Shown here piece by piece: positions 50,761 to 63,660 of a DNA stretch of 64,000 bases. The stretch comes from Pristiophorus japonicus (Eukaryota), in contig NC_091987.1 in NCBI RefSeq assembly GCF_044704955.1, positions 186,992,001 through 187,056,000 on the forward strand, given 5' to 3'. The notes below the pieces were generated by a model. It searched no databases. It saw nothing but the letters and a program-made list of their open reading frames with translations, and was not told the origin of the DNA. A program made the translations under genes and the position numbers. The stretch's first letter is position 1; each line of letters begins with the position of its first letter.

Positions 50761-52934
50761 AGAGATTTTGGTTGCTATTTAGTTGCTATATATAGCAGTG
50801 AAAATAATTTCCAATAGCATGATTTTTATAATTGCCATCATTGTTAAAGTGGCCATGAAATGTGACGAGTTTATTTGAAAGCAATATTTTCAAAGACTAG
50901 TGCTTTTAAGTGCTGCGGGGCTTTAGGGATTCAAAAATCATCCACCCCTTATCTATCAGTTTCAGAATTTCTAAGACTAATTGAAGTGGAAGAATATTTG
51001 GAAAAAATGCAAGCTAACTAGGGACAGGATTGGCTTTTCATGGGTGTTCATCTACAGAAAATACATCTGGAAAAAAAAAGTGAATAATAAGTAGATAAAA
51101 GCTAGTTGTGTGGGGGAAAAAACTAATAATTTGATTGAAGAATTGAAAAAGTCTGAAAGCAAATCCACTTATCAAACATTTTTTGTTACCCAGTCAGATA
51201 GAATCAAATTTACAACAAAGAAATAAGCATTTGACTCATCAAGTCTGTAATGATTTTCTCCATTAGTTACCTAGTCTAATCCCACTCGCTTTGCTCCCTC
51301 CCAATACTCTCAATATTGATCATTATCAAACAACAATGTAATTCATTTTAAAAAGAATCTATATACTTATTGTTGCAGTGAATCATATATTGTAACCACA
51401 TGTGTGCAAAGTTTTTTTTAACTAACCTCTTTTAATTCGAATCATAGAATGGTTACAGCATAGAAGGAGGCCATTCGGCCCGTTGAGCCCATGCCGGCTC
51501 TCTGCAAGATCACCTCAGCTAGTCCCACCCCTCTGCCCTTTCCCTGTAGCCCTGCAAATTTTTTTCTTTCAGGTATTTATCCAACTCTCTTTTGAAAGCA
51601 GTGATTGAGTCTGCCTCCACCACCCTTTCAGGCATCTTAACCACTCGTTGTGTAAAATAGTTTTTTCTCATGTTGCCTTTGGTTCCTTTGCCAATCACCT
51701 TAAATCTGTGTTCTCTGGTTCTTGACCCTTCTGCCAATGAGAATAGTTTCTCTCGATCTGCTCTGTCTAGTCCCCTCATGATTTTGAACACCTCTATCTA
51801 ATCTCTCAATCTTCTCTGCTCTAAGGAGAGCAACCCCAGCTTTTCCAGTCTATCCATGTAACTGAAGTCCCACGACCCTGGAATCATTCCCATAAATCTT
51901 TTCTGCACCCCCTCCAAGCCTGTCACATCCTTCCTAAAGTGCGGTGTCCAGAATTGGACACAATACTCCACTTGAGGCCGAACCAGTGTTTTATAAAAGT
52001 TCATCAGAATTTTCACTCTTTTGTACTCTTTTTCAACCTGCCCTGCCACCTTCAACCTCTAGATCTCTCAGTTCATGCACACCCTTTAGGATTGTACCTT
52101 TTAGTTTAGATTTCCTCTCCTCATTCATTCTTTCTAACAACATTTTTCATTTCGTACTTTTCTGTGTTAAATTTCATCTACCACATGCCTGCATAGTCCA
52201 CCTCTGTGTCCTCTTGAAGTCTCATTTTTTACTGTACTTCCAAGTTTTGTGTTATCTGCACATTTTGAAATTGTATCCTGTACACCCACATTCAGGTCAT
52301 TAATATAAATCTAGAAAAGCAATGGTCCTAGTACCGACCCCTGGGGAACACTACTATATATCTTCCTCCAGTCTGAAAAACAGCCATTCACCACTTCTAT
52401 CTGTTTCCTGTCACTTAGCCCATTTCTTATCCATTTTGCCACTGCCCCTTTTTTTCCCCATGGGCTTCAACTTTTCTGACAAGCCTATTATGTCGAACGC
52501 CTTCTGGAAATCCATGTACATCATGTCAACCGCATTGCCCTCATCAGCCCTCTCTGTTACCACATCAAAAAACTCAATCAGGTTGGTTAAACACTATTTG
52601 CCTTTAACATATCTTTGCTGGCTTTCCTTAAGTAATCCACTTTTCCAAGTGACTGTTAATTTTGTCCCTGATTATTGTTTCCAAAAGCTTCCCCACTACT
52701 GATGTTAAACTGACCAGCCTATAGTTGCTGGGTTGATCTTTGCACCCTTTTTTGAACAAGGGTGTATAATTTGCAGTTCTCCAGTCTTCTGGCACCACCA
52801 CCGTTTCTAAGGAGGACTGGAAGATTATGGCCAGTACCTCCGCAATTTCTTCCTTCGCTTCCCTCATCGTCCAAGGATGCATCCCATCCGGTCCAGGTCT
52901 CTTATCTACTTTAAGTACAGCCAGCCTTTCTACA

Positions 52935-53437
52935 GTACTTCATCTTTCATTGAGACACTTTACAGCCTTCTGGACTCAACATCGAGTTCAACAATTTGAG
53001 AGCATAACCGCTGCCAATCTTTGGCTCCCTTTCCCCCTTCCCTGCCACCCCGCCCAGCCCGCTGAGCCTGTTTCTTTTGTTTTCTCCTTGTCTCTAATGG
53101 CAGCTGGTCATTATTCTCATTCACATCCTATCTTGACTAATGTTTTTCTAACACCTGGCATTACCATTTCAATTCGGCCCATCATTCCTTTTGTCTCTCT
53201 AATTTCTCCTGCCTTCCACCCTATCACAGACCTTCCTTTTTCTTCTTTCTTCCCCTCCCCATTTCAGTGCTTGTTATGAATGTGTTCTTTCTGAACACTC
53301 TCCAGTTCTGATGAAGGGTCGTCGTCCTGAAACATTAACTCTGTTTCTCTCCACAGATGCTGCCTGAAGAACCACTGAGATTTCCAGCATTTTCTGTTTT
53401 TATTCCAGATTCAATTATCCGCAGTATTTTGCTTTTG
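52935..53437 (+). mobile_element. Penelope-like element 3' fragment
   Basis: GIY-YIG-domain C-terminus TLQPSGLNIEFNNLRA*, then a pyrimidine-rich 3' UTR and terminal repeat. Confidence 0.8.
53304..53340 (+). ncRNA. Minimal type I hammerhead ribozyme motif (probably inactivated)
   Basis: AGTT-CTGATGA-AGGGTCGTCGTCCT-GAAAC-ATT-AACT: stem I AGTT/AACT, conserved core boxes and a short stem II. Confidence 0.65.
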
Positions 53438-54574
53438 TATCAACTTTTCTAGTACCTCATCTTTATCAATTCTTATCCCATTCAGTATCTCCTCTACCTC
53501 CTACTTTACTATGTCTATGGTAGCAGCCTTCTTCCTTGGTGAAGACAGATGCAAAGTACTCGTTTAGTCCTTCAGTCATACCCTCTGCCTCCATGCGTAG
53601 GTCTCCTTTTTGATCCTTAATCGACCCAACCTTCCTCTTACTAACCATTTACTATTTATATGCCTATAGAAGACTTTTGGATTCCCTTTTATGTTAGCTG
53701 CCATTCTATTCTTATACTCTCTCTTTGTTCCTCTTATTTTCTTTTTCACTTCTCGTCTGAACTTCCTATATTCAGCCTGATTCTCAGATGTATTCTCGAC
53801 CTGACATCTGTCATACGTGCTTTTTTTCTGCTTCATCTTACTCTCTAACTCTTTCTTCAACCATGGAGCTTTGACTTTAGTTGCCCTACCTTTCCCCTTA
53901 GTGGGAATGTACCTTGACTGCACCCGAACTAGTTCCTCTTTAAAGGCAGCCCATTGTTTCATTACAGTTTTGCCTGCCAATCTTTGATTCCAGTTTACCT
54001 GGTCAGATTTGTTCTCATCCCACTGAAATTTGCCTTCCTCCAATTATGTATTTTTATCCTAGATTGCTTCCTGTCCTTTTCCATAGCTAATCTAAACCTT
54101 ATACTATGATCACTGTTCTCTAAATGTTCCCCTACTGACACTTATTCCACTTGACCCATCTCATTCCCCAGAACCAGATCCAGTAATGCTTCCTTCCTCT
54201 TCAGAAGCATACTGATCACAAAGTTCTCCTGAACACAGTTCAGAAATTCTTCTTCTCTGCCCTTTACACTATTATCCCAGTCTATATTAGGATAGTTGAA
54301 GTCCCCTATTATCACTACTCTATAGTTCTTGCACCTATCTATAATTTCTCTGCAAATTTGCTCCTCCATAATTTTCCCACTAGGTGTTAGCCTACAGAGT
54401 ACACCTAGTAGTGTAATCGCACCTCTATTATTTCTGAACTCTAACCAAATAGATTCTATCCTTGACCCCTCCAGGACATCCTCTCTCTCCAGCACTGCAA
54501 CATTCTCCTTAACCAATACTGACACACCACCTCCCATCTTTCCTTCCCTGTCTTTTCTAAACACCCCATATCCA

Positions 54575-55000
54575 ATGCTTACCTTCAATTTGTCTCCTCT
54601 TATCGACCAGTGGAAAAGACATATCACTATTTGCCATATCATAACCTTTGATAATCTTGAAAACTTCTATTTGGCAAACCCTTAACTTCCTCCACTGTAC
54701 TGAAAAAACCTTAGCTGCTCAAGTCTTCCTTTATAACTATCCCCCTCAGCATCTTTTGCATTGCATTTGTATCCTTGCTATTATAGGATGCCCCCCAAAA
54801 GGCAACAATCCTTCCTATAATAGGGTCCCCCAAAAATATAGACAATAATCCAACTGGAGCCTAACTAAGGCATTGTCCAAGATCAACATTATATTCTTGC
54901 CTTTGCTTTTCATGCTTCTTATACAAAACCCTCATTGCCTTTTTTATGGCCATGTCAACTTGTGCTGCCATTTCTTTTTTACCTGCGCATCTGCACACCG
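54575..55000 (-). mobile_element. Very old CR1 fragment
   Basis: Degenerate ALVRLQLDYC-like segment near 54845-54875. Confidence 0.4.
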
Positions 55001-55069
55001 CTGCTCCTTCTTTCCATTTAAAATCTTCGATCAGATGGCTGAACTTATTTTAATCTACTAAATATGGCA

Positions 55070-55345
55070 GACAATTAGTGCACAGCAAGATCCCACAAAC
55101 AGTAATGAGATAATGACCAGATAATCTGTTTTAATGATGTTGGTTGAGGGATAAACATTAGTCAGGAGAAAACTCCCTTGCTCGTCTTCGAAAGAGTGTC
55201 ATGGGGTCTTTTTCATCCACAAGTGGTCTCATCTGAAAGACGACAACTCTTAGAGTGCAGCACTCCCTAAGTACTGCACTGCAGTGTCAGCCTAGATTGT
55301 ATGCCGAAGTCTCTGGAGTAGGATTTGAACTCACAACCTTCTTAA
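55070..55345 (-). mobile_element. DeuSINE (SacSINE1/AmnSINE-like)
   Basis: CACAGCAAGATCCCACAAACAG...GATGTTGGTTGAGGGATAAA...AGTGCAGCACTCCCT..GTACTGCACTG match the Deu domain as I recall it; tRNA-like head GATTTGAACTC. Confidence 0.7.
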
Positions 55346-57694
55346 TACTAATATATATTTGTTTTTCCAGAGCTATTGATGTTTGTCATTCTGACAAGCT
55401 ATGAAGGATGAAACTTAATTTAAAGGCTTTGAGGCTAGAATAATTACGCTAATGTAATACCTCCTTACTGAGCTTTAAGTTTTACTTGATATGCTTATAG
55501 TTTTTTTAAAGTTAACCCAATGATCTATCACAGCTCAAGTTTATTGCTGAAATGTTGGGCAGAACACACGGATTACTACTTCTGTTATTATTATTGTCCA
55601 TGAGAAGAACCAACAGCACATCAATCTTGTATCTCATCGAACAACTGCTGCATCTCCTGGTGCAGGGTCCCATTGCTGCATAAACTGTGTTCGCCCATGT
55701 GCAGCTTGAATTATTAGCCTGCTGGCTGAGAGGTGAAAGTACTATTAACAGAGGCAACTGTGACAAGTGGCAGCAGCACAGTCCTCCACTGTGATTTTTT
55801 TTAAACCTGGAAAGAGCTGTGACAGTTCAATGACACGATGAACTGTTAATCTGATCTCAACAACACTGCATGCCGTGAATGTGTGGACTATTTCAAAGTA
55901 TTGTTTATTTACTGTGTAAAACAGTTATTGGATAAGTGCACAGATTATGCTGCATTTATGTCTGTCCATTGCAGTTCCTGCTGCAAATTGTACTTCACAA
56001 GGTGCAATTAAAAAATCTGGGAAAATGTGGATCATGCACATGGATTTGTAATGCATATTGATGTGAAAAATTGCTTGATAGAATTTATTGCATACAGATT
56101 CAGTGATTTAGAAAACGTTGGGGTGAAATTCAACTTTGGCAGGGTGCAAAACGGACAGTTGCGGATCAGCCATCAATTATACAACCCAATAGAAAGAATA
56201 ATTTGGCGGGATGTATAACGGGCAGCCACCCATTATCGCTCGTTTTCTATCCTGCAGAAGATGAATTTCATTGCCATTGCGTTGCTGCTATATGTCTATT
56301 TCAGATTCTTCACATTTCACTACTTCTACTTTGTTTGGGTATATCATTTCCACTCACCCTGAGATGTAATGTTTTGATTCTGCATGGTGGTAGTCAGTTG
56401 AGCGCTCTTCTATGTAAGATTCATTGATTTGAATGACATGATGCCCGAGAACAAACACTTGATTTTCTGGTTGGAAGGCATAATGCCTGTAGTTGATCTT
56501 TTGTGGCAAACCTTGAATTTATTTTTGTCTGATCTAATTTATTTTTCGTCCTCTAGCTTCAAGTCACAAAGACGTGTTGCAGGAAATAATCCTACAGTGC
56601 AGCTTTAATTGCAGTTTAACGTTCTGGACGGATGTTAAATATCACAATTAATTTATTTTTAAGAGCATTCAGGACTCAGAGGTTAAAATTATCAGGTTTT
56701 CTGATTTTATTTTACGTCAATCCTTATTACAGACCAGCAACACCTGTGTAGCAAGTACAATCTCAAAGCAGGCTGAATAAATAAAAAATGCATGATATTA
56801 TGGTACTAAAAAAGTACAGTCTTCATCGCAGTAGCCAAACTCACTACAATGCAAATTTCTGTCCAACAGGGATGATTGTTGATGAGACTGACATTAAGAT
56901 AAAATAGAGAAGAAATTGACAAGCTATCATAGTTCAAAAGCCTAGTCACACCATGTTCAGAATGATGTAATTCTATGAATAGTGATAAGTTTTAGCAGTG
57001 ACAATGAATGGTCACATTCTTCCCCTTTACATTCATCTCTCAAGAGTCTTAAGGAATTCCCTTTCAATAAGAAGTTCAAACATATCATTCAGAGAACATT
57101 AAATGCTATTGAGTTGCTTTTATTTGGTCTTGCCCAGCCATTGCATAAAAAACAGTCATGGTTCTAGAACTTGCATAAAGAAATGTCAAATCGGTTTTTA
57201 AATTGGACTCTGAGAATTATACTATTTCGCAGATTATGATGAAATAACCTCAAAACTGTTTTTGAAATGTAAAAGATTTTATTTCTCAATACATGCATTG
57301 TGGAGGAAATTGTAACCATTAGAACTTCTGTTGCTTTTTATAAATGCTTTCTTTTAAGTACATTTCTTTACTGTAAGGGCCTACTTTTTAATGGGGTAAA
57401 ATAATTCTTAGGTTGGAAAGGTTCACATGCTAATCGGTCAGCAAAAATAGCACTTTCTGCATCTTGCTGATCTATATATATTTCATCTGGCACACGTTTG
57501 TGCAAAATGTATAGAGGAGTAGGAAATCTCCAATGGACATGGAGCACGCTTATTGTCTTAAATTTTCGAGCAATTAATCAAAAACGCACAAATTTATTTG
57601 CCTGACTTTGAGGAGATTTTAAAAGCTCTTTCCAAATTCCTTCCAGTTATCAAACTGGTTTCTCAACTCCACAAATAACATTTTTAACATAAAC

Positions 57695-57933
57695 GGGCTG
57701 GATTTTCCATTCCTATCTGCCTCTGTTTTTGCCACAGAGGGGCGACAATGGCAGTGGTGAGCTCTTCTGGCTCAGTCGGCCTAGCGCCCTAAGAGAGGTG
57801 TGCAATTCCCCCCTTAGCGCTCTGCCCACACTCAGGGCCCAGCTGCGCAATTTTGCTGACTGAGGCTGGGTGCAATCTTTATCGCCCCGCCGCCATTATC
57901 GTCCTAAAATGAGCAAAGCTGAAAATCTAGACC
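57695..57933. mobile_element. Short Harbinger-type MITE
   Basis: GGGCTGGATTTTC / GAAAATCTAGACC termini. Confidence 0.6.
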
Positions 57934-58524
57934 GAAGAATTCAGAAAAAAATAGACTTTTTGCGTTCGACTTGTGTCTGTATATATCCTATTAAAGGAGT
58001 GTATGAATGGTCTAGTATTTAAAATATTTTGTCCCCACTGGCTTTTGATCCTTCACAAAGCTGTCACTGGCCCCAGACTAAAGGGTTGAACCAAGTCGCA
58101 GGATCGCTGATTTTTATTTTTGCCTTAAAAATAGCCTGCTTGGAAAGTGAGAAAACAAATGGTAAGCAGCAGCAGGGATAAATCCGAAAAACTAAAATGA
58201 CTCTCCAGAACTTTGATATTCGTAAAAAAACTATTAAGGGAATTTGGAAACCAGCACTGATTTTAAAAGTTTGTCTTGTGTTCTTTATTAAACTTTTAAA
58301 AATCTATACAAATCATGTTAAGCACTGCTGCAATCTTGAAATTAATAACAGCTGTACACTGACTACTGCCATTAAGGTTACAGATAGTCCAATATTTGTG
58401 GCTGCCTTGTATGCATTCTTTTAATAAATCATCTGTCTCCTGACTTACAATGAAAAATGCTATGGGAGATCTAGTTTGCTTTAAAGTATTAATTGAATAG
58501 CATGGGTTTTTGTGATATTTCGAT

Positions 58525-59288
58525 GAAACATAGAAACATAGAAAATAGGTGCAGGAGCAGGCCATTCAGCCCTTCTAGCCTGCACCGCCATTCAATGAGT
58601 TCATGGCTGAACATGAAACTTCAGTACCCCCTTCCTGCTTTCTCGCCATACCCCTTGATCCCCTGAGTAGTAAGGACTTCATCTAACTCCCTTTTGAATA
58701 TATTTAGTGAATTGGCCTCAACTACTTTCTGTGGTAGAGAATTCCACAGGTTCACCACTCTCTGGGTGAAGAAGTTTCTCCTCATCTCGGTCCTAAATGG
58801 CTTACCCCTTATCCTTAGACTGTGACCCCTGGTTCTGGACTTCCCCAACATTGGGAACATTCTTCCTGCATCCAACCTGTCCAAACCCGTCAGAATTTTA
58901 AACGTTTCTATGAGGTCCCCTCTCACTCTTCTGAACTCCAGTGAATACAAGCCCAGTTGATCCAGTCTTTCTTGATAGGTCAATCCCACCATCCCGGGAA
59001 TCAGTCTGGTGAATCTTCGCTGCACTCCCTCAATAGCAAGAACGTCCTTCCTCAAGTTAGGAGACCAAAACTGTACACAATACTCCAGGTGTGGCCTCAC
59101 CAAGGCCCTGTACAACTGTAGCAACACCTCCCTGCCCCTGTACTCAAATCCCCTCGCTATGAAGGCCAACATGCCATTTGCTTTCTTAACCGCCTGCTGT
59201 ACCTGCATGCCAACCTTCAATGACTGATGTACCATGACACCCAGGTCTCGCTGCACCTTCCCCCTTCCTAATCTGTCACCATTCAGAT
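58525..59288 (-). mobile_element. Young CR1 3' fragment
   Basis: ORF 58621-59256 is almost identical to the C-terminal ~211 aa of 20245-22380. Confidence 0.97.
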
Positions 59289-59429
59289 TAGAATTGAAAA
59301 TGATTAAACATACTATAGTAAGTGACTTGGCTTATGTTTGGAGGTATGCAACAGTGAGTGAAAAGTCCCGTGGAATGTCTCTCATCACCGTCACTTAAAA
59401 TAGGCCCATATGTTGCATTCGTGTGTACT

Positions 59430-59915
59430 TTTATTGTATGATCATTTTCAAATTATCTTTGTAAAAATGTAGTTTTAGACATTCTTGGTACACTAAAGCA
59501 GCAATAGTGTGAGCCATGTTCTTCTGATTTTCAAGCAGCTTATTGCTCTTCCTTTTATCATACTGCTCAGATCTTACAAAGCTACTGCTGAGTAGGGCTG
59601 GAAAATACTTCAGAGTTTGAAGCTTTTGGTAAAGTACCAAGACTTTGATGCTCATTTTCTGGATTTGAAGCTTCATTCATGATCCTTTGCCAAATATGAA
59701 CGCAATCTTTCAGCAGCTGTGATCTTGATCCAGTGCTGACTGTCCCCTCGGTGCTCATTGAGTCCTGTTTACACTTCCCTTGTAATGACCTGCAAGTCAG
59801 GGTTTGCAGATTCCAGACTGAAAAAGTATTCTGAATCAGAAAGCAGCAACATGGAATCGAAGGATGCCTGGGATTCTTTATATTTTAAGTCAAAAATCCA
59901 AGTTATCCAGATTGT
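59430..59915 (-). pseudogene. Possible ancient hAT transposase C-terminal (dimerisation) relic
   Basis: LKYFPALLSSSFVRSEQYDKRKSNKL loosely resembles the hATC pattern L..PASSA..ERSFS....K.RN.L. Confidence 0.3.
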
Positions 59916-60195
59916 CTGTGATATGTCCTTACTATACAGTATAAATGCACATGAGGCCCATACTTGAGAGAAGGTCACTCTGTGACCAGTTACCTTTATT
60001 ACCAAAGACTTCAAGTGATGAAGGTAGGTGGAGCTTCCCCTTTTATACCTGAAAGTCCAGGTTCGGAGTGTCTCCCACAAGTTCACCCCCTTGTGGTCAA
60101 TGTTCTCAAGGTGTACAACTTAGGTCAGCTTATACATGGGTTACAATGATAGTTGAATACATGACATCACCTCCCCTCCCAAAGTCTTATTGGGA

Positions 60196-61926
60196 TCACA
60201 GGTTAAGTCTCTCTGGTGGTTTACGTCCCCTTGTAGAGCGCCTGAGTTGGGGCTCCGGTTGTTGGGCGCTGGCCTGAATGTCTGCTGTTGGCGGTGCCTC
60301 AGGCCTGTCCAGACTGCCCACAGTGACTGGGCTCTCCTCCACTTGGTTCCGGTGTTCGGTCACCTGTGGTGGAGTAAACTCTACGTTGTGTTCTTCCTCT
60401 GCTTCTTCTATGGGATTGCTGAACCTCCTTTTAGTTTGATCCACGTGTTTGCGGCAGATTTGTCCATTGCTAAGTTTAACTACCAAAACCCTATCCCATC
60501 TTTGGCATAGTGCCTGCAAGCCATTTGGGCCCTGCAGCGTAATTAAGGACAAAAACAGGGTCATTGACATCAATACATCGCGCCCTCGCATTCCTGTCAT
60601 GGTAGTCACATTGTGACTGACACCTGCTCTCAACAATTTCTTTCATAGTAGGGTGTATAAGGGATGAACTGGTTTTGAGCGTCCTTTTCATTAGCAGCTC
60701 TGCGGGTGGAACCCATGTGAGCGAGTGTTGTCGGGATCTATTGGCCAACAGGAGGCGTGATAAGCAGCTTTGTAGGGAACCCCTTGGATTCTGAGCATCC
60801 CCTGTTTGATTATCTGCACTGCTCGTTCTGTCTGGCCATTTGAGGCCGGCTTGAATGGTGCCGTTCTGACATGGTGGATTCCATTGCCTGCCATGAAGTC
60901 CTGGAATTCAGTGCTTGTGAAGAACGGGCCATTGTCGCTGACCAAGACATCCGGTAGACCACAGGTGCCGAACATTGCCTGTGGACTTTCTACCGTGGCA
61001 GATGATGTGCTTGAATTTAAAATGGCACACTCAATCCATTTGGAGTAGGCGTCTACTACAACCAAAAACATTTTTCCCATAAAAGGACCTGCGTAGTCCA
61101 CATGGATGCGTGACCATGGCTTGGCGGGCCAGGACCAGGGGCTAAGGGGGGCTTCCCTGGGTGCGTTGCCCTGCTGAGCACACGTGTTGCACCTGCGAAT
61201 ACAAAGTTCCAGGTCTGCATCTATCATGACAATGCCCGGGTGCTCATTGTGAAGTTCTCTGATAAACACCTCTCTGCCTCTCTGGGGCATGACTACTTGG
61301 TTTCCCCACAGTAGGCAGTCAGCCTGAATCGAGAGTTCATCCTTGCGCCTATGAAACGGTTTAAATTCCTCAAGGCATGCCCCGTACGTGGCTGCCCAGT
61401 CCCCATTCAGGACACATTTCTGAACTAAAGACAGTAGCGGATCTTCATTTGTCCAGACTTTAATCTGATGGGCTGTCACAGGTGAGCCTTCACTTTCGAA
61501 AGCTTCAACAGCCATGACCATCTCAGCATCAGGCTCAGTTGCCCCCTCAATGGTGGCTAGTGGGAGCCTGCTGAATGCATCGGCGCAGTTTTCAGTGCCC
61601 GGTCTGTGCCGAATTGTGTAGTGATCGGCGGCTAACGTGAGTGCCCACCTCTGTATGCGGGCTGATGCATTCGCATTTATGGCCTTGTTTTCGGCCAAAA
61701 GGGACAGTGGGGGTTTGTTGTCGACCAAAAGGGACGTTAGGGGTTTGTGATCTGTCTCCAGCTCAAATTTCCTGCCAAACGGGTACTGGTGCATTTTTTT
61801 TACTGCATATACACATGCTAGCGCTTCCTTTTCTACCATCCCGTAGCCCCTTTCTGTCTGGGACCGACTTCTGGAGGCATAAGCTACCGGCTGTAACTGA
61901 CAATTGGCATTCACATGCTGCAACAC
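60196..61926 (-). pseudogene. Gypsy pol RNase H and integrase, frameshifted
   Basis: PVAYASR, EKEALA, TDHKPL, RIQRWAL, HVDYAGPF, VSDNG, PASNGQTER; C-terminus LRRSTRGRKPPERLNL. Confidence 0.92.
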
Positions 61927-62019
61927 ACACCAGGCCCCATAGGACGACGCATCGCACGTTAAAACAAGTTTCTTACACGGGTCATATAACGTTAACAGTT
62001 TGTTAGAGCACGCAATTTG

Positions 62020-63470
62020 TTATGCTCCATCAAAAGCCCTTTCCTGGCTGTCCCCCCAGACCCAATCGCGACCTTTGTGTAGGAGCGTGTGTCGCGGCTC
62101 TAACAGCGTGCTCAATTTGGGAAGAAAGTTACTAAAATAGTTCAGGAGCCCCAGGAACGAATGCAGCTCCGTCGTGTTACGGGATCTGGGTGCTCTCTGT
62201 ATCGCTTCCGTTTTGGATGCAGTAGGTCTGATCCCGTCTGCTGCTACCCTCCTCCCCAGCAATTCTACCTCTGGAGCTAAGAAGACGCACTTCGCCTTTT
62301 TCAGTCGCAGCCCTACCTGGTCCAGTCTGCGTAGCACCTCCTCCAGGTTGTGGAGGTGTTCTTCAGTATCGCGACCCGTGATGAGGATGTTGTCTTGAAA
62401 AACCACCATCCTTGGAATCGACTTGAGGAGGCTTTCCATATTTCGCTGAAAGATCGCGGCGGCCGAACGAATCCCAAACGGACATCTGTTATACTCAAAC
62501 AACCCCTTGTGTGTCGTGATGGTGGTCAGCTTCTTCGACTCACTCACCAGCTCCTGGGTCATGTAAGCTGAGGTCAGGTCCAATTTTGAAAAAAGTTTGC
62601 CACCGGATAGCGTCGCAAAGAGGTCCTCCACTCTCGGTAACGGGTACTGGTCTTGGAGTGACACCCGATTGATGGTGGCCTTGTAATCGCCACATATCCT
62701 GACCGACCCATCCGCCTTGAGCACCGGCACGATCGGGCTCGCCCAGTCACTGAATTCAACTGGCAAGATGATGCCTTCCCTCAGCAGGCGGTCCAATTCG
62801 CATTCTATCTTTTTCCGCATCACGTACGGAGCCGCTCTGGCCTTGTGGTGTACTAGCCTGGTGACCAGGTTTATGTGAATCAATACCTTGGCCCCCATGA
62901 AAGTGCCGATGCCGGGTTGAAATAATGAGTCAAATTTGTCCAGGACCTGTGAGCATGATACTCGCTCCACAGAAGAAATTACATTGACATCGCCCCATAT
63001 CCAGCTCATGACAGCAAGCCAACTCCTCCGCAGTAGTGCGGGACCGTCCTCTGGGACAATCCAGAGTGGCAACCTGTTCTCCGAATCTTTGTGGGTCACG
63101 ACTACCGTGGCGCTGCCTAACACCGGAATGATCTCCTTTGTATATGTCCGTAGCTGTGCATCAATCGGCAATAATTTTGGCCTCCTGGTCTTGGACACCC
63201 ACAATCTTTCGAACTGTTTGATACTCATCAGAGACTGGCTGGCCCCCGTGTCGAGCTCCATTAATACTGGGATGTCATTGAGGAGCACGTTCATCATTAT
63301 CGGTGGCGTCCTGGTATATGAACTGTATACGTGCTCCACATGAACTCGCTGAACTTCAGCTTCCAGCGATTTCCCCCAGTATTCATTTGGCCTCGTAGAG
63401 CTTACATCGGGCCCGTCCTCCTCGTACATCAACCTGGCTGTAGGCTTCCTGCACATATGCGCCAAGTGAC
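62020..63470 (-). pseudogene. Gypsy pol protease and RT
   Basis: ELDTGAS, WASPIVPVLK, RICGDYK, KLDLTSAY, RCPFG, FQDN (catalytic DD altered); premature TAA at 62020. Confidence 0.92.
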
Positions 63471-63660
63471 ATAGAAACATAGAAACATAGAAAATAGGTG
63501 CAGGATCAGGCCATTCAGCCCTTCTAGCCAGCACCGCCATTCAATGAGTTCATGGCTGAACATGAAACTTCAGTGCCCCCTTCCTGCTTTCTCGCCATAA
63601 CCCTTGATCCCCCGAGTAGTAAGGACTTCATCTAACTCCCTTTTGAATATATTTAGTGAA
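63471..63660 (-). mobile_element. Young CR1 3' tip inserted into the Gypsy gag zinc knuckle
   Basis: Near-identical to 58525-58710; flanked by AAGTGAC at 63464-63470 and 63666-63672. Confidence 0.92.

Larger units (their letters stand above)
51439..54570 (-). mobile_element. CR1 LINE ORF2 (EN to 3' end), degraded, with a nested Penelope fragment
   Basis: ORFs 54142-54642 (ESIWLE, IGDFNYP), 53576-54043, 52628-52882 (NYRLVSLTS) and 51519-52055. Confidence 0.92.

Noticed and set aside
55340-58500. Polypyrimidine-AG sites suggesting host exons (e.g. ~55370, ~56557)
   Set aside because: I found no convincing open exon with a matching donor
50092-60166. Idea that the two Gypsy LTRs bound a single element
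   Set aside because: Different sequences, different lengths (211 vs 248 bp) and opposite orientations
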